Below are positions 39,201-53,229 of a stretch of 64,000 nt of DNA, piece by piece. The stretch is from Marsupella aquatica. Taxonomy: Eukaryota > Plantae > Marchantiophyta. A program made the position numbers and the translations under genes. Under the pieces are notes generated by a model that was not told where the DNA came from, made no database searches, and saw only the letters and a list, made by a program, of their open reading frames with translations. Position 1 is the stretch's first letter, and each line of letters begins with the position of its first letter. The stretch is from assembly GCA_973895155.1 (NCBI GenBank), contig OZ316897.1, positions 9,261,832 to 9,325,831 of the forward strand, in the 5' to 3' direction.

Positions 39201-42200
39201 CTGATATGGAATTGTCCCAAGAGCAAGGGGAAGGAAGCTATTTTGATGAACAGCGAGTGGCATAATTTTGTCTTTTTTGTTGTTGCTCCCACGTGTTGCT
39301 GTCCTTACTGTTGTTACTGCCTTGGCATGGGGGGTTGGCCACCACAACATCAAGCAAGGTATGCAGGCCATCATGAACCAAGATCAACCCAAAATTGTTC
39401 TGGTGAAAGACCAGGCAAATCAAGCACCACCCCCCAATGCACATGTACCAAAGTCTGGAAAGAACATGAGCAATAGCATTGTGAACAACCATGGTCTTGT
39501 CGGCCATACTACACCGAAGAATATGGACCCATGTGACATCACAAAGCTTCTCACATGTACAAGAAATAGATAAATCTACAAGAAAAAGGTGGGGTAATCA
39601 CGTATGAGGACACTTGGCTTTGGCTTTCTTGCTGTTGGGGTCTTGTCTTCCGGCTAGTTGTTCCTCATATGTATAATTATTTAGTCCTACTTGTGAGATC
39701 TAAGAGGGCCTATTGATTGCAGTATGTGCTCTTTGGCAGTGATATATACAGTCCTACTTGTAAGATCTAAGGAGCCCAATGATTCCAACAGATGTCTGCT
39801 TTTGGAGCTGTTATATCATATCTGTAGCTATCTAGTACTATGGTGAGGTCTAAGAGGAGCCCATTGATTGGAGTAGATATCTTAACTTGTCATTATATTC
39901 AACTAATCTCGGTACGCGTTTATACTCTCTGATATTCCAGGATAGTGAAGAGGTGCATTGAGCCTCCTGTCATTGGAGTGCAATTCTTGCAGCCTCAAAA
40001 TACTACTCCCGTATTTATGCCAACCAAGGTAGATGAGGAATGGGAAGAACCAAGAGTTGTGAGTATTTTGAATCTCAGTAACAGTTTGCAAGGAAAATGA
40101 GGGAAATTAGCCCACTGGAGGAAAATGAGGCTCTCAGGATTTCGAATCTGTAATGGTATCAGAAAATAAGGGAAAATGGTGTCCAATGGAAAACAACTGG
40201 AGTCCTGATGACATCGAATTTTCAATGGTATGAGTCCGTTGAAGAAAATGGGCATAAGAAGGTCCAATGCAGGCGATGCGAGTCCTAATTTTCAGCTGGC
40301 TCAGGAAATTCTCTAAATCGGTTTGAACGACAGAATTCTAGTTTTCTGCTACAGATCTTCTCTTTCTCCGATGACCTAGAACGAAGTCCTCATCAGAATC
40401 CTGTGCAGTCCAACTATTCAGCAAGCCATGACATTTTTTGCGTCTTCGATTTCAATCGTAAGCAAAGAGACCACTGCCGATCAAGCATTGGATGTTCTAT
40501 AGAAGTTCTCAATGTGAAGTCAAGGAACGTTAAATGTGGGTCCCAAAGATGGAGGAACGAGCATCATGCAGAAAAATCAAGTCTGGAGATCTCAGACGAC
40601 GCTCGTTGTGTTTTAAGCTTGGACGTACCGGCCCAGTGGCTGTTAGCATAGACCAAGCAACAGTCCACTCTTGTAAAATAAAGCTGTCGCTGAATCACCA
40701 TCCAAACCTGTTACACCTGAGCAGTTGTTCGACGCTTTTCTCATTAATGGGAGAGCGATTGACGTGGATAACCCATCTGGAACTGAACGTAAGTAGGAGC
40801 ACACAAACCAGTGTATTCATACCAAACTGCCTTGGAGCCTCAGTCGGAAAACCCACACACCTTTGCCCTTCAGTCTCCTCGCTACAAATAAACGATGATG
40901 AACAACCCAACTATCTGACTCGTCTCACAGACCTGAGGAAAAGGTTGGTACATTCGCCTGCACTCTAGCTTAAGTAGCAAGTCTACACGAACCAGAGCAA
41001 TAATACCTACCTGCCTTGGAGCCTTCGTCGAAAGAAACCACGGCTCTGCGCAATATAAACTGGACAAAAATGTGAGTATCCAGCTCGTCTGACGCACCTG
41101 AGAAATGGGCTGGAAACAGAGAGAAACCAAATACGTAACTCCTGTACCATCTGTGTATATACAAATTTATCCGAGAGGAAAATCTCATCTCCATAATTCT
41201 AGATATCTACAGGAGTTTCATGTATCTAGAGTTTAGGAAAAAACCAGGCCTTCACAAAATCCTATGATTCATCTTGCCAGGTCTTCAGCTAGCCTGTACC
41301 ATAAAGTGCCCATGCAACTTCCATTGATAGGAACGCAGTGGAGCACTCAGCTGATTCACGACGATTGAGACTTAGGTCTCAATCCTGTATTCATCTGGCC
41401 AGATATTCAGCTTCTCGTACCACTCGTTCGAGACAGCCGCATCAGGTCGGTATCATAAGGTGCCTGACGGCGTCTATTGACAGTTACAGAGGTGAAAGTC
41501 TGTAGCATACTCAGCCATTACTCTCCATCCAATTGATAAGTGCTTCTGCCATGTTGCTTCCTATAAAGCCCCCATAACCCAAATAACTCTCAAAGGCACC
41601 TCCGTATGAACGAGCCTTGTCACGAAGTTTATCAGCATACAACGGCAGAACACACATCTCTATGATGCTCCAGAATCTTCTCCTTTCAGACAAGTATTCA
41701 ACATTCAAACCTCTCTGTTCCCCTCTTCAACTCATCAACCGCCTCAGTCTGTCTTTCCTGAAAAGCAACCACGAAATGTAAATTGGCAGCCAAAAGCAAA
41801 TATCCACAGAAAATTTCACTCGAGAGATTTTCTTCATTATCTTTGGGACGGGCGACACATTTTGAATGACTCGAAATGCAACATACCGAACAATGCAGGA
41901 GCACTACCTCCCATACCCTTCATGCGAAGAGCAATTACTGCAACTATTTACAACTACAAAATCGAACTACCACAATTTCACTTCTTTCTACAGACAGGGT
42001 TGAGGTAAATTGTCTCCCTCCACGGCTTCTTTTAGGGCTTGAGGGCTACAAGGGGAAAACTGTGATTAACTTTCTAGCTCCCATTAGATCCAGGTTGCCC
42101 TCCTGGCAGCAGATCTCCAAGCATCTTAGAAGCTTAGTAATCCCAACAACGTTAAGTATGCACGAAAACCACCCTCAACGCCCTCTCCCCCTTGGACCTT

Positions 42201-42243
42201 CTTCAAGCCCCTCTGCCCCCAACACATCCACATTTCCTCCCCG

Positions 42244-42421
42244 ACTTCTCCCTCCCACCTGGAACTTTCTTCAAGTCCCGTGAATTGAGTTCAGCTGATC
42301 TGTAACTCTGAAGCAGCAGAAACCCCCCTACTCATCTCCCCCCAAACTTCTCCCTCCCAGCTTAAACTTTCTTATAGTCCCTTGAATTGCGTTCAACTGA
42401 TATGCAACTTTGAAGAAGCAG
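42244..42421. repeat. Degenerate ~102-bp-period duplication downstream of the SUVH stop
   Basis: acttctccctccca...gaagcagcag at 42244 and a variant at 42346. Confidence 0.75.
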
Positions 42422-42572
42422 CGCGCTGCATCCCCCTACAAGAAGGGTCAATAACAGTGCACGAAGTCTATTTTCTAGAACGTGCATACTTTCCCCACCG
42501 ATGAAAAAAATCAGCTTCAGGCCCTGCAAATTGCACAAAGCCCTGCCCTACCTGACAAACTCCCTACGCTGC

Positions 42573-44861
42573 CTAATACAGCCGGCCGGTACAATTCCTA
42601 GAACCACAATAGCAATTCTTCTTCCTAATATTCCCAACTTTATCTAATATTGTATCTATCTCGTACCCGTAGTCATAGGTTAGCTCCTTGTATGGAGAGA
42701 TGTGCTCCGCGGCGAAAAACATGATGTGCGGAAATCGATGATCGTGATGATCGTACAACACACATTGCACAAACATGTTGGGATCGCAGCTGTGGTTGAT
42801 GAAGCGAGCCAGGTTCCCGCATAGATTTGCATCCACGGTGTATTTTTCGCAATTGATATCATCTTCATGTTCATCATCTTCATCGCTTGAGTTCCCGCTC
42901 TTCCCCACCCCGGAGATGTGGCCGAAGCGACGTTTCATGTTTTCAGGTATTCTCAGATCGAACATATATTCATCGTCACAGACGCGCTTCTCCGCATCAC
43001 TGTCGTGGATAATTTCTCCAATATACTCACACACGAAACCACCCTGAGGTATAAAGTACGAGCTCCGGACCCCCCATCCCTTCCCCTTTGTTTTGAAGAC
43101 CTCTAGTTCATATCGGAGTCCATTTTGAGCAACCCTATTTGTACATTTGCTGGCAGCCGCGCAGCGGCATTGCGGGCCGCATTCATATACAAGTCTTTTG
43201 GCCCTTAACAGGCTGCCCTCGTCATTGTAGGGCTGGTCCCCACTCAATGCAACGCACTTACACCCTGTTGTCGCGAAGCATTCTTTCGAGCAGGCACAGG
43301 GCGCAGGGGTCGAGGGCTTTGGCACTTTCGAGGAGTATCTCAACCTGGTGATGTATTCAAAATTGTTGGGGACGCCATCTTCATCCCCACACCCTACTAC
43401 GCGCACTTTGAATGGCTCCAATCCGAGAGAAAGATCCTCAGCGATGACTCGCTCACCCTTTTCTCTGAGAACGGCGGGAAGGGACCCAGGAATCTTCCCT
43501 CTAAACAGAACCAGGTTGGAAGACAGCGCTCCTTGGCCGGGCCTCCGAACGAGCTTAAATTTCCATACTTTGCACCCCGCCGCCCCTGTTACCTGGTAGT
43601 ATTCCACGACATCGTACAAGCCATCGTAGTAATAGATTCGGTTCGAGGGACTTTGATTGGCTGGTGACTTCTTGATATCGCAACCACGTATTACGCGAAC
43701 CGAGAGGCCCAGATCGGAGCAATTCTTAAGGGCCAAATTCCCCCTCACCATTTCCTGGTCTGCTGCTTGCCGCTTATTGCCTACGTTAATGTTTCCGCCC
43801 TGGCCAGTGTACGTCAATATGTCTCCCTCGTCGATATCATCCGCATATCCTCCAGAGGCAATGACGCTTACGGCTACCGGAATAGGATTCCCACGCTTGT
43901 CTCTGAATTGGCTCCTATCTTTTGTAATGTAATCGATCCCTCCTTGCGACTGTTTATGTAAAGAAATGAGGAGAAGCTCCGTCCTGTAGTAATAATGATC
44001 CCCGACCTGTACGCCTGGAACTTCCCCGTAGATGGTTTCGTCTCCATTCACGCGGTTGCGGAATTCCTTGAGAATTTGGAATGCCCTGACGTCGGGCCGC
44101 TTGGGTCTTGAACCTGAATCCTTGACCCGTCCTTCTTCTTCGGCCATGAAGCGCCGTCGTAAGTTATCGAATTGTTTCAGCAAATACTTCACCTTCAGAC
44201 GGGGATCAGCGTCTGGTTTCAATTCTTCAACGTGAGGATCGAATCTTACGGTTGTCTCGCCCTGCTGCCGTGCATGGACTTTCTGTTTCTTCAGCTTTGT
44301 AGGCACCTCGCTACCGGCCTTCTTCGTCACATTGTTGGCGGAGTGGCGCGAGGGTCTCCCATCTCGCTTCTCTGCTCCTGAGTCAGAGTCAGACAGTATG
44401 GTGACATCTGCGGGGCCGATCTTCCGCTTCTCCATTTTCTTCTGTTTCTCAATGGGCTTGGGGGCGGCTTGCCTGACCGGGGGCATGAATCTTCCTCCTC
44501 GAATTCTCATGCCCGGGGGACAATCTCGGATTGCAGGAGGCTGCGGCAGAAACTTGTTCTCCCCGCTGACTCCATTGACCTCAGCACGCAAAACATTGGC
44601 AGAGATGGCATGAGCATCGTAAACAACAATTGCCAAGCTGTGCTCTGCAACTGTCTCTATCGTGGGAAGAAACGGTTTCAGAGAGCCAGTAGGAAAAATC
44701 CCCGAGGCTAAAAGCTTCTCAACCTTGTCGGCTGTCACGCTGCCTCTCATCTTCTTTGGCGAAGGTGGCGAGGTCGGCATTGCATTGACATCGATAAACT
44801 GCTCTTTTAAAGGCATGTTTGGCAGCGTGTCTTCTTCTCCCAATATTCTAGGGGCGACCAT
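42573..44861 (-). CDS. SUVH: SU(VAR)3-9 homolog (SRA/YDG + pre-SET + SET + post-SET), SUVH5/6-like, intronless CDS, 762 aa
   Basis: SRA: GEVPGVQVGD..GGIDY..SGGYADD..YTGQGG..YYDGLY. Cys-rich pre-SET. SET: KGWGVRS..CEYIGE..RFINHSCDPN..ELTYDY. Post-SET: CYCGSRNCTGRLY. In-frame stop upstream of the ATG. Confidence 0.96.
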   Translation of the reverse strand: MVAPRILGEEDTLPNMPLKEQFIDVNAMPTSPPSPKKMRGSVTADKVEKLLASGIFPTGSLKPFLPTIETVAEHSLAIVVYDAHAISANVLRAEVNGVSGENKFLPQPPAIRDCPPGMRIRGGRFMPPVRQAAPKPIEKQKKMEKRKIGPADVTILSDSDSGAEKRDGRPSRHSANNVTKKAGSEVPTKLKKQKVHARQQGETTVRFDPHVEELKPDADPRLKVKYLLKQFDNLRRRFMAEEEGRVKDSGSRPKRPDVRAFQILKEFRNRVNGDETIYGEVPGVQVGDHYYYRTELLLISLHKQSQGGIDYITKDRSQFRDKRGNPIPVAVSVIASGGYADDIDEGDILTYTGQGGNINVGNKRQAADQEMVRGNLALKNCSDLGLSVRVIRGCDIKKSPANQSPSNRIYYYDGLYDVVEYYQVTGAAGCKVWKFKLVRRPGQGALSSNLVLFRGKIPGSLPAVLREKGERVIAEDLSLGLEPFKVRVVGCGDEDGVPNNFEYITRLRYSSKVPKPSTPAPCACSKECFATTGCKCVALSGDQPYNDEGSLLRAKRLVYECGPQCRCAAASKCTNRVAQNGLRYELEVFKTKGKGWGVRSSYFIPQGGFVCEYIGEIIHDSDAEKRVCDDEYMFDLRIPENMKRRFGHISGVGKSGNSSDEDDEHEDDINCEKYTVDANLCGNLARFINHSCDPNMFVQCVLYDHHDHRFPHIMFFAAEHISPYKELTYDYGYEIDTILDKVGNIRKKNCYCGSRNCTGRLY

Positions 44862-46279
44862 TTTCTTGCTTTCCCTAAACCCTGTTCAATTTTGGCGCGA
44901 GAAGCAGACGGCTCACTCTTTGTTCAAAATCTCTGCCTTGTTCTTCCTGCCAATCCCACGCAACCGAAGTGCGCCTCATCAAGCCGTGTTCCCCTCCCTC
45001 CCCCTCACTCACTCTCTCTCTGTGGATGAATTCATTCGCTCTTCCTCACCCTTGCCCGTTCTCCTACGGTACACGTAAGGCGAGAACGTTCTTCAACCCA
45101 CTTCGTCCATTGTCCTACTCGAATACCCCAACGGCTTGCGCTAACTGCTACCAATTCTTCAGCGTTCCACTTTCAAAAATAGAACTTCGAATACAAAGAC
45201 ATGGGCCCGGAGTAACGACATGCTTCAACCAATGTCGACTAGCCGGTCATCTCTCCACCCTACCGCCACCACAACACTATCGTTGCCGAGCCAGGGACGC
45301 CACTTGTCACACACTAAACGAGCAATCACTCACCCAGCCATCGCTCCTCCAGCGCCCTGTCTCCCTTTCACCAGCCATTTGTCAGGGTGCTCCATAACAC
45401 AAATCAGGCATGCTCAAAGCAAACATCTCCTGGCGAATCCAATCGTATTGCTGTACACCGCGAAGCCCGAACCACTAAACTACGGCAGAGCAGCAGCCCG
45501 CCAAAAAGAAGGCGGCAATCAGATCAAGCATCTGAACTTTTTGACTAAATACAGGACGTACGAAATCGCACTTCTGATTTTCTTAAGGCCTGCTGCACGC
45601 TGTCAAGTGCCAGACCAAATCCTGCTATGCCCTAATAGTCTCCCTCACTAGCGTTCTGTTCCCGTTTTGTCACAACTTTCTTTGCTTGTCTATCGTCAAG
45701 ACTGCGCGGAAACACCGGCACAGCATCCTCATGTCCAAATTCACGTCAACCCTAACAAGGACACTCCCCGCGAAGAAGCGCAACGGTATTTGCGCCACGG
45801 CCGGGGCGGGCCCGAGTCTGCACGCAATCGGCGACGAGGCAGATCCTGAGATCCCACTCGAAATAGCATAAAAAAGACCGCGTTGCAGCAAATGCCTATG
45901 GATGATACCTGACACAACCGCGGCAGCACGCACCTTCTTTCTTTCGTGCATGGCCTCTGGAAAAAACAGCGCCGAACTGCTAGGCTGAACTCTGGCAGGC
46001 ACGAACTCCGACGAGCATATTTCGCCCGCGCAAAACGACTCTGTCGATCAAAGATTCTCCACCTCTCCTCGACTCCTCCTCATCATCAGCTCATCATGAT
46101 TGTCTCGTCTTGTCTCGACCATAGCTGTAGCTTTCTTCGTCGCGATCTAAGCTGACTGCGAAGCCGGTACGAGCCTACACTAGTACTTCTGCTATTCTTG
46201 CCTTTCTTCTTGAATCTTCTCTTCGTTGCAATCCGACGCTCGGAGCTCATTATCGTCGTGACGGAGCTTATTATCGTCG

Positions 46280-46632
46280 TGATCGGGTACGCAATTTCTT
46301 TGCCTGAAAGATTCCATAGGACCTCTCAAGGCTCCATAGTTCAAATGATCGTAGTGATCAGGTACGCAGTTTCGTTGCCTGAAAGATTCCAGTAGGGCCT
46401 CTCAAAGCATACTCAGGAATGAACTTTTGGCCATGAACAAATGGTCATAGTTTTTTCATTCGGTTATGTAAAGATTCCATAGGACCTCTCAAAGCTTCAT
46501 AGTTCAAATGATCCTCGTGATCAGGTACGCAGTTTCGTTGCGTGAAAGATTCCATTAGGGACTCTCAAAGCATAGTCATGATTGAACTTTTGGCCATGAA
46601 CAAATGGTCATATTTTTAAATTTGGGTTATGT
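46280..46632. repeat. Tandem duplication, ~164-bp period, with internal sub-repeats
   Basis: gattccataggacctctcaa..caggtacgcagtttcgttgc..ggccatgaacaaatggtcata occurs twice. Confidence 0.85.
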
Positions 46633-49600
46633 AAATGTTTATTTTATTTAGTTACTTACATTGGTGTGATCTATTAGTTACGGACCCCACTAGAGGTCCT
46701 TTTCAAAATTTGAGATTCCATAGCACGCCACATCATCATGATGTGCTACAAACAGGTACAAATTGGTTTACAAAATAAAATTATTTCAACATTTGTGTTT
46801 GTGGCAAAATTTCGGTAAAATTGAGGACCTCATGTTGTAAACCTTGATGTAAAAATGTTTAAAATAATCATTTTATTTACCCTGAGTAACCCACTGTTCA
46901 ATTAGTAGTAGGCCCACCCTCCATTTTATTTACCCTAAGCAACCAACTGTCCACCCTCATTCTGAATTGTGGTTCAATTGAGTAAGTAAATCTCCCTCTG
47001 CAAGCTCTACAACTTGAGCATTGATGACAAAGTAATCAATGACGGGATAGAGCGCCTCGAAAATTGTCTGGACCGGTCGTTCTTCAAGTACAGAAAAGAA
47101 AGGAGAACAAAGATGGTCTATGTGTCGTGACAATTTTCTCAACCTTCTGCTGCCACTAGCTTTTTAAGAAGAAGGAAGAAGTGGACAGGATTCTATGTCG
47201 CTAAGTATGCGATACGATTGACGAAGGCGCGCTTCAACGCAATCATCACCTACATCGTCAATACTATCTCCGGAAAAACTAAAAACTAACACACCCAGAG
47301 ACTACCACTGGGACTCGATGCCATTTGGAAGGAGTAGGACTCATTGCCTCACTTCATCAAACACAAGCAAATTATTCGAAATTGCGGAACATTACTCCAA
47401 TCAATGACTACCCACATCCAGAGAGCTTGTTTGTGCAGAAGACAGACGACAATGTTGTAGGGATGTCACACAAGACTTGTGTAGCTTTGGCCAGGCAAGT
47501 GAATGTCATGCATTGTACTCGTGCTCCTTAGAGTTAATGAAATAGCCATGTACTTAAGGGTAGCTTGTGCAGACGGGTTCTCCGTTACACAGCATGCATC
47601 CTTCACAGTTGTTTCTCATTCGGGCCTTTCATTGAGCTTTTAGAGGGGCTGCATCTGTTGGACCACTGCAATTATACAAACATTTCTAATCAAGACTGTC
47701 TCGTGATCCTTGATATCACAAATTTGTTTTCGATAGGTCAGTTAATCAGCAGGCGTTGTTCTGCCCAAGTTTGTAACACAAATGTTGTATTCGACTCATA
47801 ATCGAACAAAACAGCATCAGCATTAGTAACTTCCCAATTTTGTGGTTTCGATAGGAAGGTCCCGCACCTGAGCACACCAACTAGGTATTAAGTGACACAC
47901 CTGATTGAATTTTTCTTAGGTCACATTCAGAGAGGTTGGGTGCACAACTTGACAATTAAGTTAGCAATTTTGAACTTCTGGCGGTTGTAACTCACGACCT
48001 TGGTTACACTTCTCGTCGATTATCTTTGAAAAATGTCCAGCTCGTGAATATTATCACTTCCCAGACTTTTTCTTTGAAGCTGTCGCATCGATTCGATTGC
48101 CCAATTCAGACTTTGTCTCTGAAGCTGTTGCATCGATTCAATTGCCCAAATCTGTTAGTCACGTGATTTTAGTCATAGAGCAAATCTTGACTTGCATTCC
48201 TGATCTTTTGATTGCATAATCTGTAGTTCAATTATACATGTACTCACAATGCCATCGTCTGATTGCAAACCAATGTCCTTAAGCGAAGATTCATCATCAC
48301 CAGTGCTTTGGCGATGAGGCGTGTTGTCCTCGAGGTTGTCCTGCTCGAGAAGTGGAGTGGTGATCAATTTTGCAGACTTGATGGATGATAGCAGCTGGCA
48401 CGCCCACCCTACCCGTGAACTCGACAATGTCCTCGTTCAAGAAGTCAAACATTTCCAGTTCGTCTCGCCTGATAAAGTGCAGCGCGTATCCCATGCACAA
48501 GAATTTCACCACAAATAGCCAAAGGTGGTACTTCAAATTTGTGCTCAGCCTATTCACAGAGGATTTGATGAGATAAACAAGACAATCACTCTCACTGATT
48601 CCTTTCAATTCCGGAGCACGTAATGAAATAGAGCGATGTAGTTACTGCTGGCTAATGTTTCAAGTTTTACATGCAAGCTAGAACAATTCATGAAATCTTG
48701 ATATCACAAATTCCAACTACTGGTGCCATGAGGATTGCAATCAACATTAATCATTCAACATTAGCCCATTTAGTTCAAGGGTTTGGTAATGCAGCTAGGG
48801 TTCAGGCTTCTGTGTCTACTTGGAGGCTAGGTCCAATTTGCTCAATTCTCGATAGAAACACCATGACTTTGAGATCTCATGAATCAGGGTCCATGACTCT
48901 TGTTGGATACTGCAGAACGGCTCCCCATCACCACCACCTAGAGCTGTCGGCAAGCAAGTTGTGGCTTTCATGATCAATGGAGACAAGGGGGTTTTTGGAG
49001 AGTAGCATTCCTGGGATACCAAGACACGTTGTACAACAAAAAGGGTCGCCATTACTTCAAAGACTGTTTATTTTGCTACACCATTGATTTCATATTTGGA
49101 GACGGCTAATCCTACTACAAGGTGATACTTCACCTTAAGCCCCAGCATTATGTATGTTGCTGCCAATGAATGTGATGTTGGTGCTAGAACGATGGCTGAA
49201 TTGCATTTCTAATTGTAATTTTCATGGTCGCCGTGCAGACTTGTTACTTGGATTTAGTTTCGACTTCATTTGGATCAATAACAGCTCATAAGAGAGTAGT
49301 GAAAAGTGACACTTGTGGTTACTCATTTTTGGACTGCGTTGTGAACGGAATTGGGGACAGTTACTTGGAAAGAGCGTGGGGGGCATACTCAAGAGTTGTG
49401 TTCATCTGAACCTACCTGACTGCCGCTATCCGCCCTAAAGGCTGGAATGACTGGGGGATCCCAACAAGAGAAAAGGTGGAAAGCAAGATCGAGGGGTACT
49501 GAAAAGTCTCCCATTTTCTCCACAAAAAGGACCTAGTCCTTGCTATAATTCCAAGAATATTCCCAAGTGACCAAAATGTGACATGGAATGGCCCAGATTT

Positions 49601-52600
49601 GTTTAGTACCCATCCTAAGGTCAGATTTGAATATGATTCCAAACATGCATTGAATGTAGGGCCTCGAAAGAAAAGTAGTGGCCCCAAAACCAGTTGGTCC
49701 GTGATTAAGGATGTTTGTCTCATTAGAGCTGTCGATTTGAGGACTCTCAAAATTCAAAATACTCACCACTTAATGGGCATCCCGAACAAATATCATTTAA
49801 TGGGCCACCCACACTTTGTGCTAAGTCAAATTAGAAGGACTGACACACAAGGACTCTTTTCGCGGTACTTTTTTTTTAAATGCACAGTGCTCTGTACTCT
49901 AAGCCCCGAGGGATTCAAGCAAGCCTACTGTCACTATTTTCAAATCCCATTTTCTATCAAAAGCTTGGAGGAACAAAGCCTTTGTCGATAGTTTTGTTTA
50001 TCCATGAGAGGCGACAATGTTGAACGGAGACATTTGATGAATCTTTTGAGTTGTGCCACCGCCATAGCAACTTCTGGTAACCCATGATCGATGGCAATCC
50101 TGTGTGAAGTAGAAGATGAATTACAAAAACAGAAGAGAGAGGAACGAAACTATCGAAGGCGCCATAAATATTACGACAGGACTATGAGGAAGCAGAAGGA
50201 TGCAACAACTCAATGCAGTAGCGCAAGCAATGAGCTTGACTCTATGGACATGCTTTTTGATGCGGAGGAGCAGCGTCAAGTAATCCTTGCCGAGGTAGAG
50301 CAAGAAGGTCAACAATTGCTTCTTCTCGTGAAGCAACAATGTGAAGAATTGACGACTGCTGCTACGAACGAGGCACGAGAAACAACTCTACAGACGCGTT
50401 TAGAGGTGGCTCAGCTCTCTGATACCATGCGCTTAAACTTACAAAAGGAATTAGTTGAAGGCAGAGAACGATTGTCTATTTTGAAAGTGAGCATAGGTAG
50501 AAGCGAAGCCCATCTTCATACATTGAATAGACGAGTATAGTCTTCTAGCGAGCCTGGCGAGCCAGAGTTTCCAGTGAATCATTTCAATAGCGCTGCAGCA
50601 TTCAGGACACGAGACACAGCAAGGAAAAGAGCTCGATACAGGGAGGCACACCCGTATTGCTCACGGACGACAAGAACGTCCAACATATCTAATGATGAAG
50701 GTGATCCAGGTGATCCATGTCCTAATAGGAAGCGAAGGTGTATCAATAGTTTAATCTCTTGTGTAGTTAGGGATTTAATGGTTCGAATGAAGATTATAAT
50801 ATGGCTGCTAGAAAGCTTGTCCTGGAGAGATTATGGTTGCACAGTTCGTTGAGAGATTACCAGCCTGCAGCGCTTGGTTGTGCAAAGCTTGATGCATTTG
50901 TAGCTTCTGCTGTGGGTGATATATCTTATTCAATCCCTACATATAGTGAAATCAGGTAGGCGAAAAGATCATCTAGCTACAAAGCGAGCATTGTTGAACG
51001 CATTGGTAGGAGAGTCAATAGTCGGGAAAAGATACCAGACTTCATTAGCCACAACATTGGGTATTAAACGGCAAAACATCCATAGAGCAGGGGCTGTGAG
51101 AAAACAGCTAGATCAAGATGCATGTAAGAGATATCCTATGGATGAAAGAAAGGTCAGGAGTGACCGGATTTCTGCTGAAGTGCGGCAGATTGTCGAAGGA
51201 TTTTGGGAAGCCCACACTCGAATTTCTCCCTACAAGAAGGATGTGGCCAAATTGCGACTAGCCGTGAACAAGTACGAGAACCATTCCAAGCATTGGCTTG
51301 AGGATACAGAGGTACGACTAGTTATTTCAATGCCAATTGTCTTATAATTCTAGTATCTACAGTGCAAGGATGGAGCTGATAAGTAGAACGTTGTCTTGTC
51401 AATCAATGGATTTCATAATATGATTTGGCCTAAGTACAACCTATCGGGTATTTTGCAAGTTGAGTTCTTCATGAAATTCCGTGATTGGTGCACATCGGAG
51501 GGGAATGGAGTCTCAATAGGTCTCAGATCTTTCCAACAACTAAAGCCGTATTACATTCGCACTATGAAAGATCGAATGGTTTGCTGTTGCAAACAGCATG
51601 TTGAGATAGACCTGCTGAAAGAGGCACTCAACAAATTTAGGAGGCACCACCACCAAAAGGATTATATTGTACTTGTGAATGTTGTATATGTAGATCTGAA
51701 AATGCTCCTGTAGAGGGTAGTTCCTGCATAGCTTCTAAGTGCTCCATTACATCTGTATGAGAATGGATGGAGGGAGCAGTTTGTCCCAAGCTTGAGGGGC
51801 AGGAATGGCATCAAAAGAGTTGTATTTTTGGTAGTTGTGAAATATGTGGAGTTCATAAGTTGGTGTGGTGTGAAATGGAGCTAGACGTCACAGAGAACCT
51901 TTCTATTGATTGGGAAACCTTTCAGTATGTTGAATTAGATGAGACGGCACAGAACAAGAGAGAGAAGAAGAAAGGAACTGTTGAAAGCGCACAACAAAAG
52001 GTGAAGCGCTTGAGGCTGGTGCATAAGAGAACTACTCTTCCAGATTTCAAGTTGCAGGTATTGGATACAATGAAGATATTTCTTGTTCATAATTTCAGAG
52101 CCCGTTGGCAAGGTAATCAGTCCAAACTGTGCCTGAAAACTTTTCCAAGGGGAACTATAGTCTCTTCCATAGACTTTTCTGAGAATTATACTTTCAAGGT
52201 TCAGAATGAGATTCAAACTCAACATTGGGATAATAAGCAGATTATGTTGTTGATTCTTGTGACCTGTAGACATCGCGAGGATGTCCAGTCTATTGAGGCT
52301 GCTGTGGGTAGGTCTATAGGAATGGCACAGGATGACACTGGGAATTGAGACATCATAGTTGATTATCATTTTTATATTAGTGACGACAATACCCATGACA
52401 CCCTGTTTGTGCAACATTGTATGGATTCACATGCAGCGTGGATGAAGGGTGAAAAAATCACATTCAATCAGCATTGGGTTTGGTCAGATGGAGCAGCTTC
52501 ACAGTTTAAGGCTTGCAGGCCTTTCTATTACGTCTCGAGATACTACAAACGACACTGTGCTAGAATGAAGTGGTTCTTCCATGCTTCAGGACATGGGAAA

Positions 52601-53229
52601 GGTGTTGCTGTGAGTTTCTTAACACTACCTCTAGTTTCTGACTTAAGCAACCCTAAACACTAGTATAGTGCTCTGCATACTAGTATAGTGCTATGCTCTA
52701 CTATATATGTTGTACATTCTGAATTCACTCTCTGATAAATATATTGCAATTCAGATGTTGGACTGAACTGAGAGAACTGAGAGGGAGGAGAGAGCGGAGC
52801 GCTTCTGGTGGTTTGGCTATGGCCGCCGACCTTCTATGGACTCGCTATTGCACCCTGTCTTCCTTGGCGTTAGACTGATCGTGACAATGATTCATTTATG
52901 GCTCCCCTTGCTGTAACGCAAGCAGGACCTTGACAGGATCTGGGCTGACAAAACATGATCTGAGCGGGAACAAAAGATTGAGCAGGGAAAAACTAGGAAG
53001 CAACGCGCTTAGATCCGAGATACTCTTGGAGAAACAAGGGGTGCGCGAACTGCTGCCTCGAGCGGCAGTTTAGCTTCGAGCATTGGCAAACCGGTCACTC
53101 TATGAAGCAAAGGCTGCTTTACTTTCTCCTTTTGCTTTGTGCGGTGGGACCTTCCCGGCTGGGGCTTTTTGCAAGCACCTCTGAGTGTGTTTAGATTGAC
53201 GCTGATAACTTGAGATTCGATCTGACCAG

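Noticed and set aside
45686-45871. Histone H3-tail mimic (KTARK) ORF upstream of SUVH
   Set aside because: Non-ATG start, antisense to the probable 5' UTR, and a 4-5 residue match expected by chance.
49490-49507. GAGGGGTACTGAAAAGT as left TIR of the Sola2-like element
   Set aside because: No matching inverted copy was found on the right side within the window.
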